Positions 10,339 to 20,006 of a stretch of 60,865 nucleotides of DNA are shown piece by piece. Position numbers and translations under genes: made by a program. The stretch's first letter is position 1. Each line of letters opens with the position of its first letter. Source of the DNA: Dehalococcoidia bacterium (GTDB taxonomy: Bacteria > Chloroflexota > Dehalococcoidia > Lucifugimonadales > UBA3495); contig JASLXV010000093.1 of assembly GCA_030740155.1 (NCBI GenBank), forward strand, positions 1-60,865. Direction: 5' to 3'. A model generated the notes under the pieces. It had not been told where the DNA came from and did no database searches. It saw only the letters and a program-made list of their open reading frames with translations.

Positions 10339-10420
10339 ATTTCCCTCCAGGCAACATACTCTCCGGAATACAGCCCGCTGCATCAGGTCCATTGTACTTG
10401 GCCTGAGATTTCCCCTCAAT

Positions 10421-10812
10421 CCGGCGGCGGCAAGCTGTACACTGGATTCGCCGCCCGCGCCGCGACCCGTATGGGAGACCCATCAAAGGTAAACCCCCGC
10501 GGTTACTTCATGTTTGGCCTGAGCTATGGCACCGCGTTCCTGAGTTGCACGCTGCCCATCTTCCTGGCCGTCGTAGGCACCAGCCTGACGATTACCAATA
10601 TCCTCTCTTCACTGGGGCAGTTCCTGCTCTACGCCCTGGGAATGGGATTTGTCATAATGCTGCTGACCCTGGGAATGGCATTTTTCAAAGGCGCCATGGT
10701 TCGTACCCTGCGCAAAGTCCTTCCTTACGTTCAGCCGGTGGGTTCCTGGCTGATGGTGGTGGCCGGCGCCTACATCGTCTTCTACTGGCTGACCATCGGC
10801 GGCCTGCTTTAG
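10421..10812 (+). pseudogene. ccdA: C-terminal half of a CcdA/DsbD-type cytochrome c biogenesis protein
   Basis: FGLSYGTAFLSCTLPIFLAVV, LLYALGMG and G.LMVVAGAYIVFYW motifs; no room for the N-terminal half containing the first Cys. Confidence 0.65.
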
Positions 10813-11400
10813 GGCTCCATCCACGGGGCTGCTGCTTACAAGTGCCCTACCCGTATCCGCCGTGGGTGCGGGGCCCGAGCGACCCCCGTGAGAGTCATGG
10901 GCGTCAGCCAAGAAGCGTAGGTGGGTGATTTCGTTTGCTGCCTGAAGTGCGGGTGGCGGCGACCGCCACGGCCACGACTCGGCAGTCTTCTTCAAGCCGG
11001 CACCGTCTGGAACACCCTGGACCAGGCCAGCGAGCACCCCCTGGCGGGCCGGCAACTGACTCCCATCGTCCACGGCAACCACTTCCGGATTACGGTGGGC
11101 GCCTGCCAGCCGGACGCCATCATTATTCACCAGGGGGCAGACTAGCCTGCCGGCCTGCTTCGAGACCCCTCGCCCTCGGCCGGCTCACATCTCCGGGTAG
11201 CCCGTGCTTCGATCCTTGCCGCCCGTCGGTTTCACTCGCTTGCCCCCCTCTTCGGCCCCGAGGCAGAATCGGCCAGCTCGGCAGGTGGGAACGATTATCA
11301 TGTAGGATAAGCAGGTGGGGAGCCGGACCCGCCCCGGCCGAACGCGGTTCCCGTACACCGCGTTGAGTCTTGAATGACCCGTTCGAGGAGGTATGACGAT

Positions 11401-12432
11401 ATGCCTTTTGAATCTGGCAAGATCCAGACGGTGGTGGGCACCGGACAGCGGGGCTACGCCGGTGATGGGAGCCCGGCCGTCGACGCCCTGCTCAGCGAGC
11501 CCTTTATGTGTGCCTTCGACCCCCAGGGTAACCTGTACCTGTCGGAGGCGACGAACCATTGCGTGCGCCGGGTGGACCGGGAGACCGGGGTCATCACGAC
11601 GGTGGCCGGGAACGGAAGCGAAGGCTACTCCGGGGACGGCGGACCGGCGATCCAGGCCACCCTCAATCAGCCGTACTCGTTGCAGGTCGACGCCAACGGC
11701 GACATCTATATAGTGGACCGTTTCAACGCCGCCATCCGCCGGGTGGACGCCGCCACCGGGGTCATCACGACGGTGGCCGGCACGGGCACGCCGGGTTACT
11801 CTGGTGATGGCGGACCGGGGAACCGGGCCGAGTTGCGAGAACCCAACGACTGTTTTCTTGACGGCCGGGGCGGGCTGCTGATAGCCGATATCCAGGACCA
11901 GAGGGTCCGCCGGCTTGACCTCAAAACCGGTATCATCACGACCTTCGCGGGGAACGGCGAGAAGGTCCGCTCCGGAGATGGCAGGCCGGCCACCGAGGCC
12001 AGCCTTCTGGGCGCCAGGGCCGTCTGCACCGACGGCAAGGGCAACACATATATCAGCGAGCGGGAAGGCAACGGTGTCCGCGTCGTGGACGCTGCGGGGA
12101 CGATGTCCACCTACGCCGGAACCGGCGAGCGGGGGTATAGCGGCGATGGGGGACCGGCCCGGTCCGCCACCTGGGGAGCACCCAAGGCTATCCGCTGCGA
12201 CCGGCAGGGCAACCTTCTGGTGGTGGACACTGAGAACCACGCTATCCGGAAAATCGACGCGGCCACCGGCATCGTGACAACCGTGGCCGGTGGCCGCCTG
12301 GGTGGTGAAGGCGACGGCACCGAGGCCGTCGCCGCTGGGCTGGACCGCCCCCACGGCTGCGATATGGACGAGCGGGGCAACCTATTCATTGCCGACAGCA
12401 ACAACCACCGGGTGAGGGTGGTTGGAGCGTAA
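11401..12432 (+). CDS. NHL-repeat beta-propeller protein (teneurin-like NHL)
   Basis: Six repeats of ITTVAG.G..GYSGDGGPA..A.L..P....D..GNLYIAD..N..IR; GAGGAGG RBS. Confidence 0.9.
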   Translation: MPFESGKIQTVVGTGQRGYAGDGSPAVDALLSEPFMCAFDPQGNLYLSEATNHCVRRVDRETGVITTVAGNGSEGYSGDGGPAIQATLNQPYSLQVDANGDIYIVDRFNAAIRRVDAATGVITTVAGTGTPGYSGDGGPGNRAELREPNDCFLDGRGGLLIADIQDQRVRRLDLKTGIITTFAGNGEKVRSGDGRPATEASLLGARAVCTDGKGNTYISEREGNGVRVVDAAGTMSTYAGTGERGYSGDGGPARSATWGAPKAIRCDRQGNLLVVDTENHAIRKIDAATGIVTTVAGGRLGGEGDGTEAVAAGLDRPHGCDMDERGNLFIADSNNHRVRVVGA

Positions 12433-12521
12433 CCGCCGGATATCCCAAACGTATGAGGTGTTTGGTCGAGGGGTTGGCGGAGGCGCTTTGCCCGGACCGG
12501 TTGGCCCCGGCTCCCCGGCTG

Positions 12522-13640
12522 TCAGTGGGCCGACCGGGTGGCCATCAACCGGTCCCGGGAATCGTCGGGCACCTGGCGGAGCCGCCGCTGGAAGCCCGTA
12601 TCATCTCGCTCTGGTAGCTGGTGGGCCGCCTCGACCATCAGGCGGACCCCCGCGACGTAGTCGGCGATGTGGATGTACTCGGCCTCGATGCGCCCCTCGG
12701 GTGCGCCGTTGTGATAGTTGCCCAGGGGGAACGCCAGCCCCGTGGCGAGGTAGCCGTGGCGGGCGAAGGCGCTGGCCTCGCAGACGCCGCCGCTCATTAG
12801 CTGCCGTTGCGCCTTGAACCCCTCCGGCCTCGCTTGAAGCGTCTCCAGTGCCCGGCGCAGGGCAGCTTCGGCGTCGGCGCTAAAGGTCAGGCCCGCGTCA
12901 CCCACCCGGATGACCGGCCCGCCGCCGATCTCCGCGCCGGGAAGGGTTCGGCTGGACTCGACGGAAACTATCAGGGTCTCTTGGGGCAGGGTCCCGGCAT
13001 CGGCCAGCAGTCGCGCACCGATCAGCCCCACCTCTTCGGCCCGGGTGAAGACCCCGAAAACATCTCCCGGCGGCGGGTTGCTGGCCAGCTGGGACAGGGC
13101 CGCCAGAATGGCCCCGCAGCCGGCCAGGTCGTCCGCCGCCCGCATGCGTATCAACTCCCCGTCGATCTGGAAGTCCGGCAGGTCGAAGACCACCGGGCGG
13201 GGCAGATTCAAGTGTTGCAGGTGTTGTAGCTCCGCCAATTGGGCCAACGTCTGCCTCTGGTCTTGTTCGCCATGCCGCCCGGCGGTAACGGCCCGGAGCC
13301 GCTCCCCGCCGGCTAGTACCACCAAGAGGGGCACGCCGGCTTCAAAGCTGGCCGGTGGAATTCCGCCCGATGCCTCGCAGACCAGGTAGCCTTCATGGGT
13401 GTCGACAGCCTCGAACCCCGGGTGGTCCGTATGGGCCACCAGCGCCAGCGGAGCGCAATCAGGCTGACTCCCGGGCACCTTGGCGATGATGTTTCCGTAG
13501 AGATCCTCCCGATAGCCCAACTCCAATTCCTCCAAGATGTTTCCCACGGCTGAGGCCACGCCACCTTCGTGAAAGGCCACCGCCGGCTGCGCCGCCAGCC
13601 GGGCCAGGAAATCCAACGCCTGCCGTCTTTCTTCGTCCAT
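12522..13640 (-). CDS. M20/M42-family metallo-hydrolase (peptidase)
   Basis: GNII, LVAHTDH, AADDLAG, FTRAEEVGLIGA, GGVCEA, YH metal ligands. Confidence 0.8.
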   Translation of the reverse strand: MDEERRQALDFLARLAAQPAVAFHEGGVASAVGNILEELELGYREDLYGNIIAKVPGSQPDCAPLALVAHTDHPGFEAVDTHEGYLVCEASGGIPPASFEAGVPLLVVLAGGERLRAVTAGRHGEQDQRQTLAQLAELQHLQHLNLPRPVVFDLPDFQIDGELIRMRAADDLAGCGAILAALSQLASNPPPGDVFGVFTRAEEVGLIGARLLADAGTLPQETLIVSVESSRTLPGAEIGGGPVIRVGDAGLTFSADAEAALRRALETLQARPEGFKAQRQLMSGGVCEASAFARHGYLATGLAFPLGNYHNGAPEGRIEAEYIHIADYVAGVRLMVEAAHQLPERDDTGFQRRLRQVPDDSRDRLMATRSAH

Positions 13641-13819
13641 GGTCCCAGAGTCCCCTTAGAGATTGCTAGAAATTGTTGCCGCGATTATAGCAGCGCGCTG
13701 GAATTCCGGCACCGGAGGGGTGGGCACGGGAGAAACAGGCGCCGGGGCGTAGGGAGTCGAGAGGCTGGCGGCCCAAAGTTGCCCATGACGGAGCTTATTG
13801 GACTTTGACCGGAGGCAAT

Positions 13820-14314
13820 CTAGGTGCAATCGAAGTAGTTCGAGTCGGAGACTCCCTGGGGGGTGGCCAACAGGACAGTACCGTTCGCGGTAGCTTTCAT
13901 GGCGGGGGGTAGCGTGAAATCGATCGTAGCCGTCTCTGCAGGGTTCCAATCGTTGGGGTCCCGGGTGTCCGGCGAGATGCCGGTGACTGACCAATCGGTG
14001 CCGTGGGTCAGCCAGGCGGCAATCTTGGCGCTGGACGTATCGGTATACTCGACGACCAGGTCCATCTCGGAAAGAGCATGAACAGGAACCCTTCCGGTGT
14101 TGCCGACCTGGGCCGTGAAACTGGTGCAGGTCCCGCCGTCTTCCACGGCGGAGGTGATGGCGATGGCGGACCTAACCCGAGATGTCTGGCGTTCGATAGC
14201 TTCGGTGTTGTTAATACTGTGTTCGACCCAATTGCCGGTCAAGTACGCAAATGTGAAGACCGTCAGCATCAGGAAGAGGGAGAATACGACGGGCGGGGCA
14301 ATCCCTTGGTGCAC
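13820..14314 (-). CDS. Archaellum accessory protein FlaF/FlaG (ArlF/G)-like
   Basis: N-terminal TM helix, then VGNTG..., MDLVVEY, W.V..I.PD..DPNDWNPAET, and ATPQGVS before the C-terminus. Confidence 0.6.
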   Translation of the reverse strand: MHQGIAPPVVFSLFLMLTVFTFAYLTGNWVEHSINNTEAIERQTSRVRSAIAITSAVEDGGTCTSFTAQVGNTGRVPVHALSEMDLVVEYTDTSSAKIAAWLTHGTDWSVTGISPDTRDPNDWNPAETATIDFTLPPAMKATANGTVLLATPQGVSDSNYFDCT

Positions 14315-14381
14315 CTAGACCAGCTCCTGCGACCAGATCGGTTCAATTTCCAGGCCCCGCGACCTCCGCCCGTAGAGGAGG

Positions 14382-14804
14382 TCAATGGGAGAGGATCGCT
14401 TGGTCCGATGTAACTTGGGCCACCGCTGGCGAACGACCGCGGCTTGCCTGGACTAACGGCGCGAGGCCCAGGCGATGCCTCCGCGCCCGCAGCATGGCGA
14501 AGCCGGCGACTGCAAAGACCGCGGCGCTACCCAGCGTCAGCATCGTCAGGTTATCGCCGGAAGCTCCCGGCGATGCCGGCACCGCCGCGATACTTGTTCC
14601 CGGTGGAGTTGCCAAAGCCGGCATCGTGAAATAGGAGACACTGCTCCCGGCCGGCGATACTGCGGTCGCCGAGGCCACGCTGCCTCTACCCCCATCCATT
14701 GCCAGCCAGGGGAATCCCGCTGTCATGATCGCCGCCACGACGCCAAGGCTCCACCAGGCGGAGTGCCGAGGTTCCGTCCGAACTGCCGTCATCATTCGCT
14801 CCAA
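14382..14804 (-). CDS. Hypothetical two-helix membrane/secreted protein with a Ser/Ala/Pro linker
   Basis: AGGAG RBS; N-terminal hydrophobic helix, low-complexity middle, second TM followed by RARRHR. Confidence 0.5.
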   Translation of the reverse strand: MERMMTAVRTEPRHSAWWSLGVVAAIMTAGFPWLAMDGGRGSVASATAVSPAGSSVSYFTMPALATPPGTSIAAVPASPGASGDNLTMLTLGSAAVFAVAGFAMLRARRHRLGLAPLVQASRGRSPAVAQVTSDQAILSH

Positions 14805-15138
14805 GGGGATCTCCTACACGGTAGCAATCCCGAATCCAGGGCCTGGTTTGCGCCAGCTACATCCATGAGATAACTGGAAATAACCGACCTAACTACATCT
14901 TAGGGAGGGCGCCCCCTGTCTACTAATGGCCTAGCACCCCGATTTCCCGGTACCCTTGACACGCTGGGACGTTCATATTTCGGCTTGCCCGGGCCGTTTA
15001 CGGCAAATGGATACGTGCAACGAATCCGGCGAGGGCGGTAACCCGAATTCGGGTGACCCAGTGCACTGTCTCGTAAATAACCTTATTCGGGCGAAATTGT
15101 GCGACATTCTCAATGCGCATTTGTCCCCGACAGCATCG

Positions 15139-15190
15139 GGGCCGGAACCCAGAGAAGCGCTGGCTGGATCCCGGCCTTCGCCGGGATGAC
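15139..15190. repeat. REP-like palindrome (GTCATTCCGGCGAAGGCCGGAATCC family), degenerate copy
   Basis: gccggaacccag...ctggatcccggccttcgccgggatgac matches the copy at 21522-21622. Confidence 0.7.
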
Positions 15191-15463
15191 GGGCGGGGGA
15201 TCAAGCCATACGCGAGACACCGGACTGGCTTCATTCCTCTCCGCCTCGAATCGATTCTCCGGGGCGGACCGCGTTATGCGAACCGGCTATCTTGAAGGGT
15301 GCGCCCTTGGGGCTGTGCCGCCATGCCGGTGCTTCGGTGGTTAGGGGAGAGGCCCAGTGTTATACTGCGCTGAGAGACGGCGACCCCCATCTTGGCCGGG
15401 CCGGCCGAGGCCACCACACGGGGCCGCTCCTGGCTAAACCAGGGTACCTGAAGGAGGTCGATT

Positions 15464-16543
15464 TTGCTGGAGATTTTCCGGGTAAACCGTGAAGAGGCCG
15501 AGTATGTGCAGGGTGACGACCTCAGAGGCATCGTGGCGTCCATCTTCGAGAAGATGGGAGTTGGGGCAGCCGATGCCCGCCTGGCTGCTGATGTGCTGGT
15601 GGTAGCGGACCTGCGCGGCGTCGATACCCACGGCGTGTCCAACATGCTGCGGTCGTACATGGATGGATATAAGAGCGGCCAGATCAACCCGCGTCCCAAT
15701 TGGAAGGTGATCCGGGAATCGCCCAGCACCGCCAACATAGATTCCGACCGGGGCCTGGGCATCATCGTTACGCCCAAGGCGATGGAAATAGCCATCCGGA
15801 AAGCCAAAGCGGTGGGCGTGGGCATGGTGACCATCGGCAACGCGCGCCATCTTGGCATGGCCTCCTATCACGCCATGATGGCCCTGGAACACGATATGAT
15901 CGGCATCTGCATGACCAGTTGCCCGCCTTCGGTGGTCCCGACCTTCGGCGCCGAGCCCCGGCTTGGGACCAACCCCATCGCCGTCGCCGCGCCTGCCAAG
16001 GATGAGCCTCCCTTCGTCTTCGACGCGGCCACCAGCACCGTGGCCGGGAACAAGATCGGCATCGCGCGCCGCCTTGGCGTCAAGCTCGAAGCGGGCTGGT
16101 TGGCCGGCGAAGACGGCACCCCCATCATGGAGGAGGTGGACCCCCCGGATCAGAACTACGTCTTGCTGCCCTTGGGAAGCACCAGAGAGCTGGGTTCCCA
16201 CAAGGGGTACGGCTTCTCCTGCATCGTGGACATCCTGGGCGGGATCCTCACCGGGGTTGGGTACGGCGCCGTTCCCGGCCGCCCCAACTTCGGCCACTAC
16301 GTGGCTGCCTACAGCATCGACGCCTTCACCGACGTGGAGCGCTTCAAAGAGATGATGGACGAGTGGATGCGGATGATGAAGAGCACCAAGCCGGCGCCGG
16401 GCCAAGAGCGGGTGATGGTGGCCGGGCAGCCGGAAGCGGAGGTGGCGGCGGTCCGCGAGGTTGAAGGCATACCGCTGCACCCCGAGGTGGTCCAGTGGCT
16501 GAAAGATACCTGCGCCGAACTGTCGGTGCCCTGCCGGTTATAG
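15464..16543 (+). CDS. Ldh_2-family oxidoreductase (malate/L-lactate/sulfolactate/ureidoglycolate dehydrogenase-like)
   Basis: ADLRGVDTHGV, NARHLG, GTNPIA, FDAATS, HKGYG. Confidence 0.9.
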   Translation: MLEIFRVNREEAEYVQGDDLRGIVASIFEKMGVGAADARLAADVLVVADLRGVDTHGVSNMLRSYMDGYKSGQINPRPNWKVIRESPSTANIDSDRGLGIIVTPKAMEIAIRKAKAVGVGMVTIGNARHLGMASYHAMMALEHDMIGICMTSCPPSVVPTFGAEPRLGTNPIAVAAPAKDEPPFVFDAATSTVAGNKIGIARRLGVKLEAGWLAGEDGTPIMEEVDPPDQNYVLLPLGSTRELGSHKGYGFSCIVDILGGILTGVGYGAVPGRPNFGHYVAAYSIDAFTDVERFKEMMDEWMRMMKSTKPAPGQERVMVAGQPEAEVAAVREVEGIPLHPEVVQWLKDTCAELSVPCRL

Positions 16544-16677
16544 CCTCCGAGCATCAGGCTCGGAACAGCCATGGCGGATCCCAAGGAGTCACCGGGAAGG
16601 GTTTCGCGGGGGGGCCCCTGTTTACTCCGCGGAGACCGGGAGGCGGCCTGTCCAACCAGTAACCAGGATATGAATCT

Positions 16678-18255
16678 ATGCCCAAGATATTGATCGCGGA
16701 CCCGATAGCAGACGAGGGCGTGGAGCTGCTGCGACACCGGGCCGACGTGGACGTTAAGGTCGGATTGAAGCTGCCAGAGCTGCTCGACACCGTGGGCGAC
16801 TATGATGCCCTCGTCGTCCGCAGCGAAACCAAGGTGACCGCGGAGGTCATCAAGGCGGGTAACCGCCTCCGTGTCATCGCCAGGGCCGGTATCGGCGTCG
16901 ACAACATCGACCTGGACGCCGCCACCACCGCCGGCATCGCGGTGGTCAACGCCCCCACGGGCAACACGGTGGCCGCGGCGGAACACACCCTGGCCTTGAT
17001 GCTGGCTCTGTCCCGCAACATCCCCAACGCTCACCGGTCCTTGAAGGACGGCGAGTGGCGCCGCAGTGCCTTCATGGGCACCGAAGTGCGCAACAAGACG
17101 CTGGGCATCGTGGGCCTGGGCCGGGTCGGCTCCGAGGTGGCCCGGAGGGCCCTGAGTTTCGGCATGCGCCTGGTGGCCTGCGACCCCTTTGTGGCCCTCG
17201 ACTACGCTCGCCGGCTGGGAGTGGAGTTGCTGTCTCTGGACGAGCTGCTGAGCCAGTCCGACTTCGTAACCCTCCACACCCCGTTGACCGAAGGCAGCCA
17301 CAACCTGATTGGCGCCAATGAACTGGCCCGGATAAAGCCGGGCGCCCGTCTGATCAACGTGGCCCGGGGCGAACTCATCGATGAAACCGCCTTGCTGGAG
17401 GCGCTGGAGTCGAACCGGCTCACCGGCGCGGCCCTGGACGTTTTCGCCAAGGAGCCGCCCGGCTCGAGCCCCCTGGTGGAACATCCCAAGGTCGTTGCCA
17501 CCCCGCATCTCGGGGCATCCACCCAGGAAGCCCAGCGGGAGGTGGCCATCGAAGCTGCCGAGCAGGTGCTGGCCGTCCTGGATGGTACGCCGGCCAGCAA
17601 CACGGTCAATGCCCCCTTCGTGCCCCCAGAGGTGCACGCTGTGCTGGCGCCGTACATCCGCGTGGCATCAGTGGTGGGAAGGCTCCTGACCTCCCTGGCG
17701 GAAGGCCAAGTAGTGGGAGTCACCATCCGGTACGAGGGAGAGATAACACAGCACGATACGGCCGTCCTCGAAGCCGCCATGCTGGCCGGGCTGCTGGAGT
17801 CCGTGGTTAGCGGACCGGTAAACCTGATAAATGCGCCCCTGCTGGCCAAGGAGCGGGGCCTGAGGGTTACCGAGCAGCGGAGCGCGGTGTCCAACGAATA
17901 TGCCAGCCTGGTGAGTGCCACCCTTGAAACCACGGAGGGCGGATTGACTGTCGCCGGGACGTCGATGCGGGACGAGTCCCACATCGTGAAGGTCAACGAT
18001 TACTGGTTGGACATCGTGCCCTCGGTGCCCTACATGCTCTTCGTGGACAACCTGGACCAACCCGGCTCCATCGGCGCGGTGGGGACCGTCGCCGGGCGCC
18101 ACAACATCAACATCTCCTTCATGGAGGTGGGCCGGCTCAATCTCCGAGGCCTGGCGATGATGGTCCTGGGGTTGGACGATCCGGTGCCACCCAACGTGCT
18201 GGAGGAGATCAGGGCTCTGCCTCAAATCCATCATGCCAGGCTGGTCAGACTCTAG
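16678..18255 (+). CDS. serA: D-3-phosphoglycerate dehydrogenase (with ASB and ACT domains)
   Basis: RAGIGVDNID, GLGRVG, INVARG, TPHLGAST.EAQ, C-terminal ACT domain (DQPGSIG..G.HNINIS.M). Confidence 0.95.
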   Translation: MPKILIADPIADEGVELLRHRADVDVKVGLKLPELLDTVGDYDALVVRSETKVTAEVIKAGNRLRVIARAGIGVDNIDLDAATTAGIAVVNAPTGNTVAAAEHTLALMLALSRNIPNAHRSLKDGEWRRSAFMGTEVRNKTLGIVGLGRVGSEVARRALSFGMRLVACDPFVALDYARRLGVELLSLDELLSQSDFVTLHTPLTEGSHNLIGANELARIKPGARLINVARGELIDETALLEALESNRLTGAALDVFAKEPPGSSPLVEHPKVVATPHLGASTQEAQREVAIEAAEQVLAVLDGTPASNTVNAPFVPPEVHAVLAPYIRVASVVGRLLTSLAEGQVVGVTIRYEGEITQHDTAVLEAAMLAGLLESVVSGPVNLINAPLLAKERGLRVTEQRSAVSNEYASLVSATLETTEGGLTVAGTSMRDESHIVKVNDYWLDIVPSVPYMLFVDNLDQPGSIGAVGTVAGRHNINISFMEVGRLNLRGLAMMVLGLDDPVPPNVLEEIRALPQIHHARLVRL

Positions 18256-18484
18256 GGTCTTCCAGCCGCCCCGCGGCTATCGGGCTGCTTGGACTCGCCT
18301 TCGGTAGAGCCGCAAGCCGCCCACCCAGGAAGCCGTCGCTGGGGAACATCGCAAGCCCGCCCCGGTGCCAACGGGGCATCTTGAGATCGTGCGGCGTTCG
18401 TCCTTCGAGCCGCCCTGGGAAGAAGGCAGGCGAGAATGGTGGAGTTATGAACCGAGCGACCGGCGGGGGAGGTCCCTAGCCACC

Positions 18485-19723
18485 ATGGCAGATGGGCCAG
18501 CGGCACAGCCGCGGCTGGAGGCCCGGAGGGTGTTCTTGTTGGGGGCCCTGACCTTGGGTCACTCGGCAATACACTGGTACCAGCAGCTTTTCCCGGTGAT
18601 CCTGCCTGCGATCAAGACCAGCATGGGCCTCAACGACGTGCAGGTTGGCGGCCTGTCAACGGCGCGGGAGGCGGTGGGTGGGCTATTGATGCTGCCGGCA
18701 GGGTTTTTGGCGGACTCTTTCGCCAAGCATCGGCCCCTGATTCTAGCCTTTGCCTTGGCCTGCGGCGGTCTGGCCTACTTCCTGGTGGGACTAGCTCCCA
18801 GCTACATCTGGGCCCTTCCGGCCATCGGCCTGGTGGGGGTGGCCTCGGCAGCGTGGCACCCCGCTTCTGTTGGGTCCCTGTCTTCTCGCTTCCCCGAGCG
18901 CCGCGGTACCGCCCTGGCCGTCCATGGGGTCGGCGCCAGCGTGGGCGACACCGTCGGCCCCGTTTGTGTGGGGGCGTTGCTGGTGGTGATCGGGTGGAGG
19001 CGCCTCCTGGAGTTGCACCTGATTCCAGCGCTGCTGCTGGCGTTGGTCCTCTGGAAGAGCCTGGGACCCATCTACACCGAAGAAGGCCCCGGGCCGAACC
19101 TGCGTTCATACCTCAGCGGCGTCAAGGGAATGTTGCGGCAGCGGAGCGTCATCGCCATCATGGTCGCCAGTAGCCTGATGGGCATGGGCCGGATCAGCGT
19201 TCTGACCTTTTTGCCGATCTACCTCACGGAGGATCTGGGGTACTCCTCCTTCGCGCTGGGCTTTTACGTCATGCTGCTGTACCTGATGGGGATGGTCTCC
19301 CAGCCGGTGATGGGAATTGTCTCCGACAGATTTGGGCGCAAGGCGGTGCTGCTGCCCGCCTTCACCGCTCTGGGCTTGCTGTACCTGGTCGTGCCCGCAG
19401 CCGGAGCGGGCATCCAGCTTGGCCTGGTGATCGGAGCCATCGGCCTTTTCTTCTACGGCACGGGCAACATCGCCACGGCCGCCGTAATGGACGTGTCCGC
19501 GGCCGGGGTGCAAGGCACCACCATGAGCGTGATGAGCGTCTTTCGACAGATCTTCACCATCCCTTCGCCCGTCATCGCCGGATATATCGTCACCGTGTTT
19601 GGCGCAAAAGCCTCTTTCTATTACGATTCGGCCCTCTTATTGCTTGGCGCTTTGGTCCTGCTGGCGGTCCCCACCCCCCGGCATTCCGCCGTGCCCAGGA
19701 CAGAACCTCCCGGACGAAACTGA
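18485..19723 (+). CDS. MFS transporter (Fsr-like)
   Basis: GFLADSF, AAWHP, GIVSDRFGRK; about 12 TM segments. Confidence 0.85.
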   Translation: MADGPAAQPRLEARRVFLLGALTLGHSAIHWYQQLFPVILPAIKTSMGLNDVQVGGLSTAREAVGGLLMLPAGFLADSFAKHRPLILAFALACGGLAYFLVGLAPSYIWALPAIGLVGVASAAWHPASVGSLSSRFPERRGTALAVHGVGASVGDTVGPVCVGALLVVIGWRRLLELHLIPALLLALVLWKSLGPIYTEEGPGPNLRSYLSGVKGMLRQRSVIAIMVASSLMGMGRISVLTFLPIYLTEDLGYSSFALGFYVMLLYLMGMVSQPVMGIVSDRFGRKAVLLPAFTALGLLYLVVPAAGAGIQLGLVIGAIGLFFYGTGNIATAAVMDVSAAGVQGTTMSVMSVFRQIFTIPSPVIAGYIVTVFGAKASFYYDSALLLLGALVLLAVPTPRHSAVPRTEPPGRN

Positions 19724-20006
19724 TCCCCCCGGAGTTCCGCCCTACCCGTCTCCCAGAAACCAATCTCGATCCAGTTCGGTCATCCCGGGTAGATTACAAA
19801 CCGGGTAGCTGCCGGTCCTCGCCCCGAGCCTGGTTGCGAAGCCGGCGGACCGAAGCATCCACGCTTGCGGTGTTGTCCTAGCTGCACTAGTATTGTTACC
19901 GTCCGGCGGAACGCGTTCCGGTAGTCACCAAGAAAAGCGACGGTCCGGCGGCCCATTCCCGGCGGAGGGGAAGCCGGCCAACCGTTCGACGCAGGAGGTA
20001 TCACCG

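Noticed and set aside
10981..11145. Short frame LLQAGTVWNTLDQASEHPLAGRQLTPI, faintly like an ATP adenylyltransferase N-terminus
   Set aside because: Too short and weak to support without a search; no RBS.
11401..12432. Repeated DNA motifs as a CRISPR-like array
   Set aside because: They are degenerate in-frame NHL protein repeats; no CRISPR array or cas gene was seen anywhere in the window.
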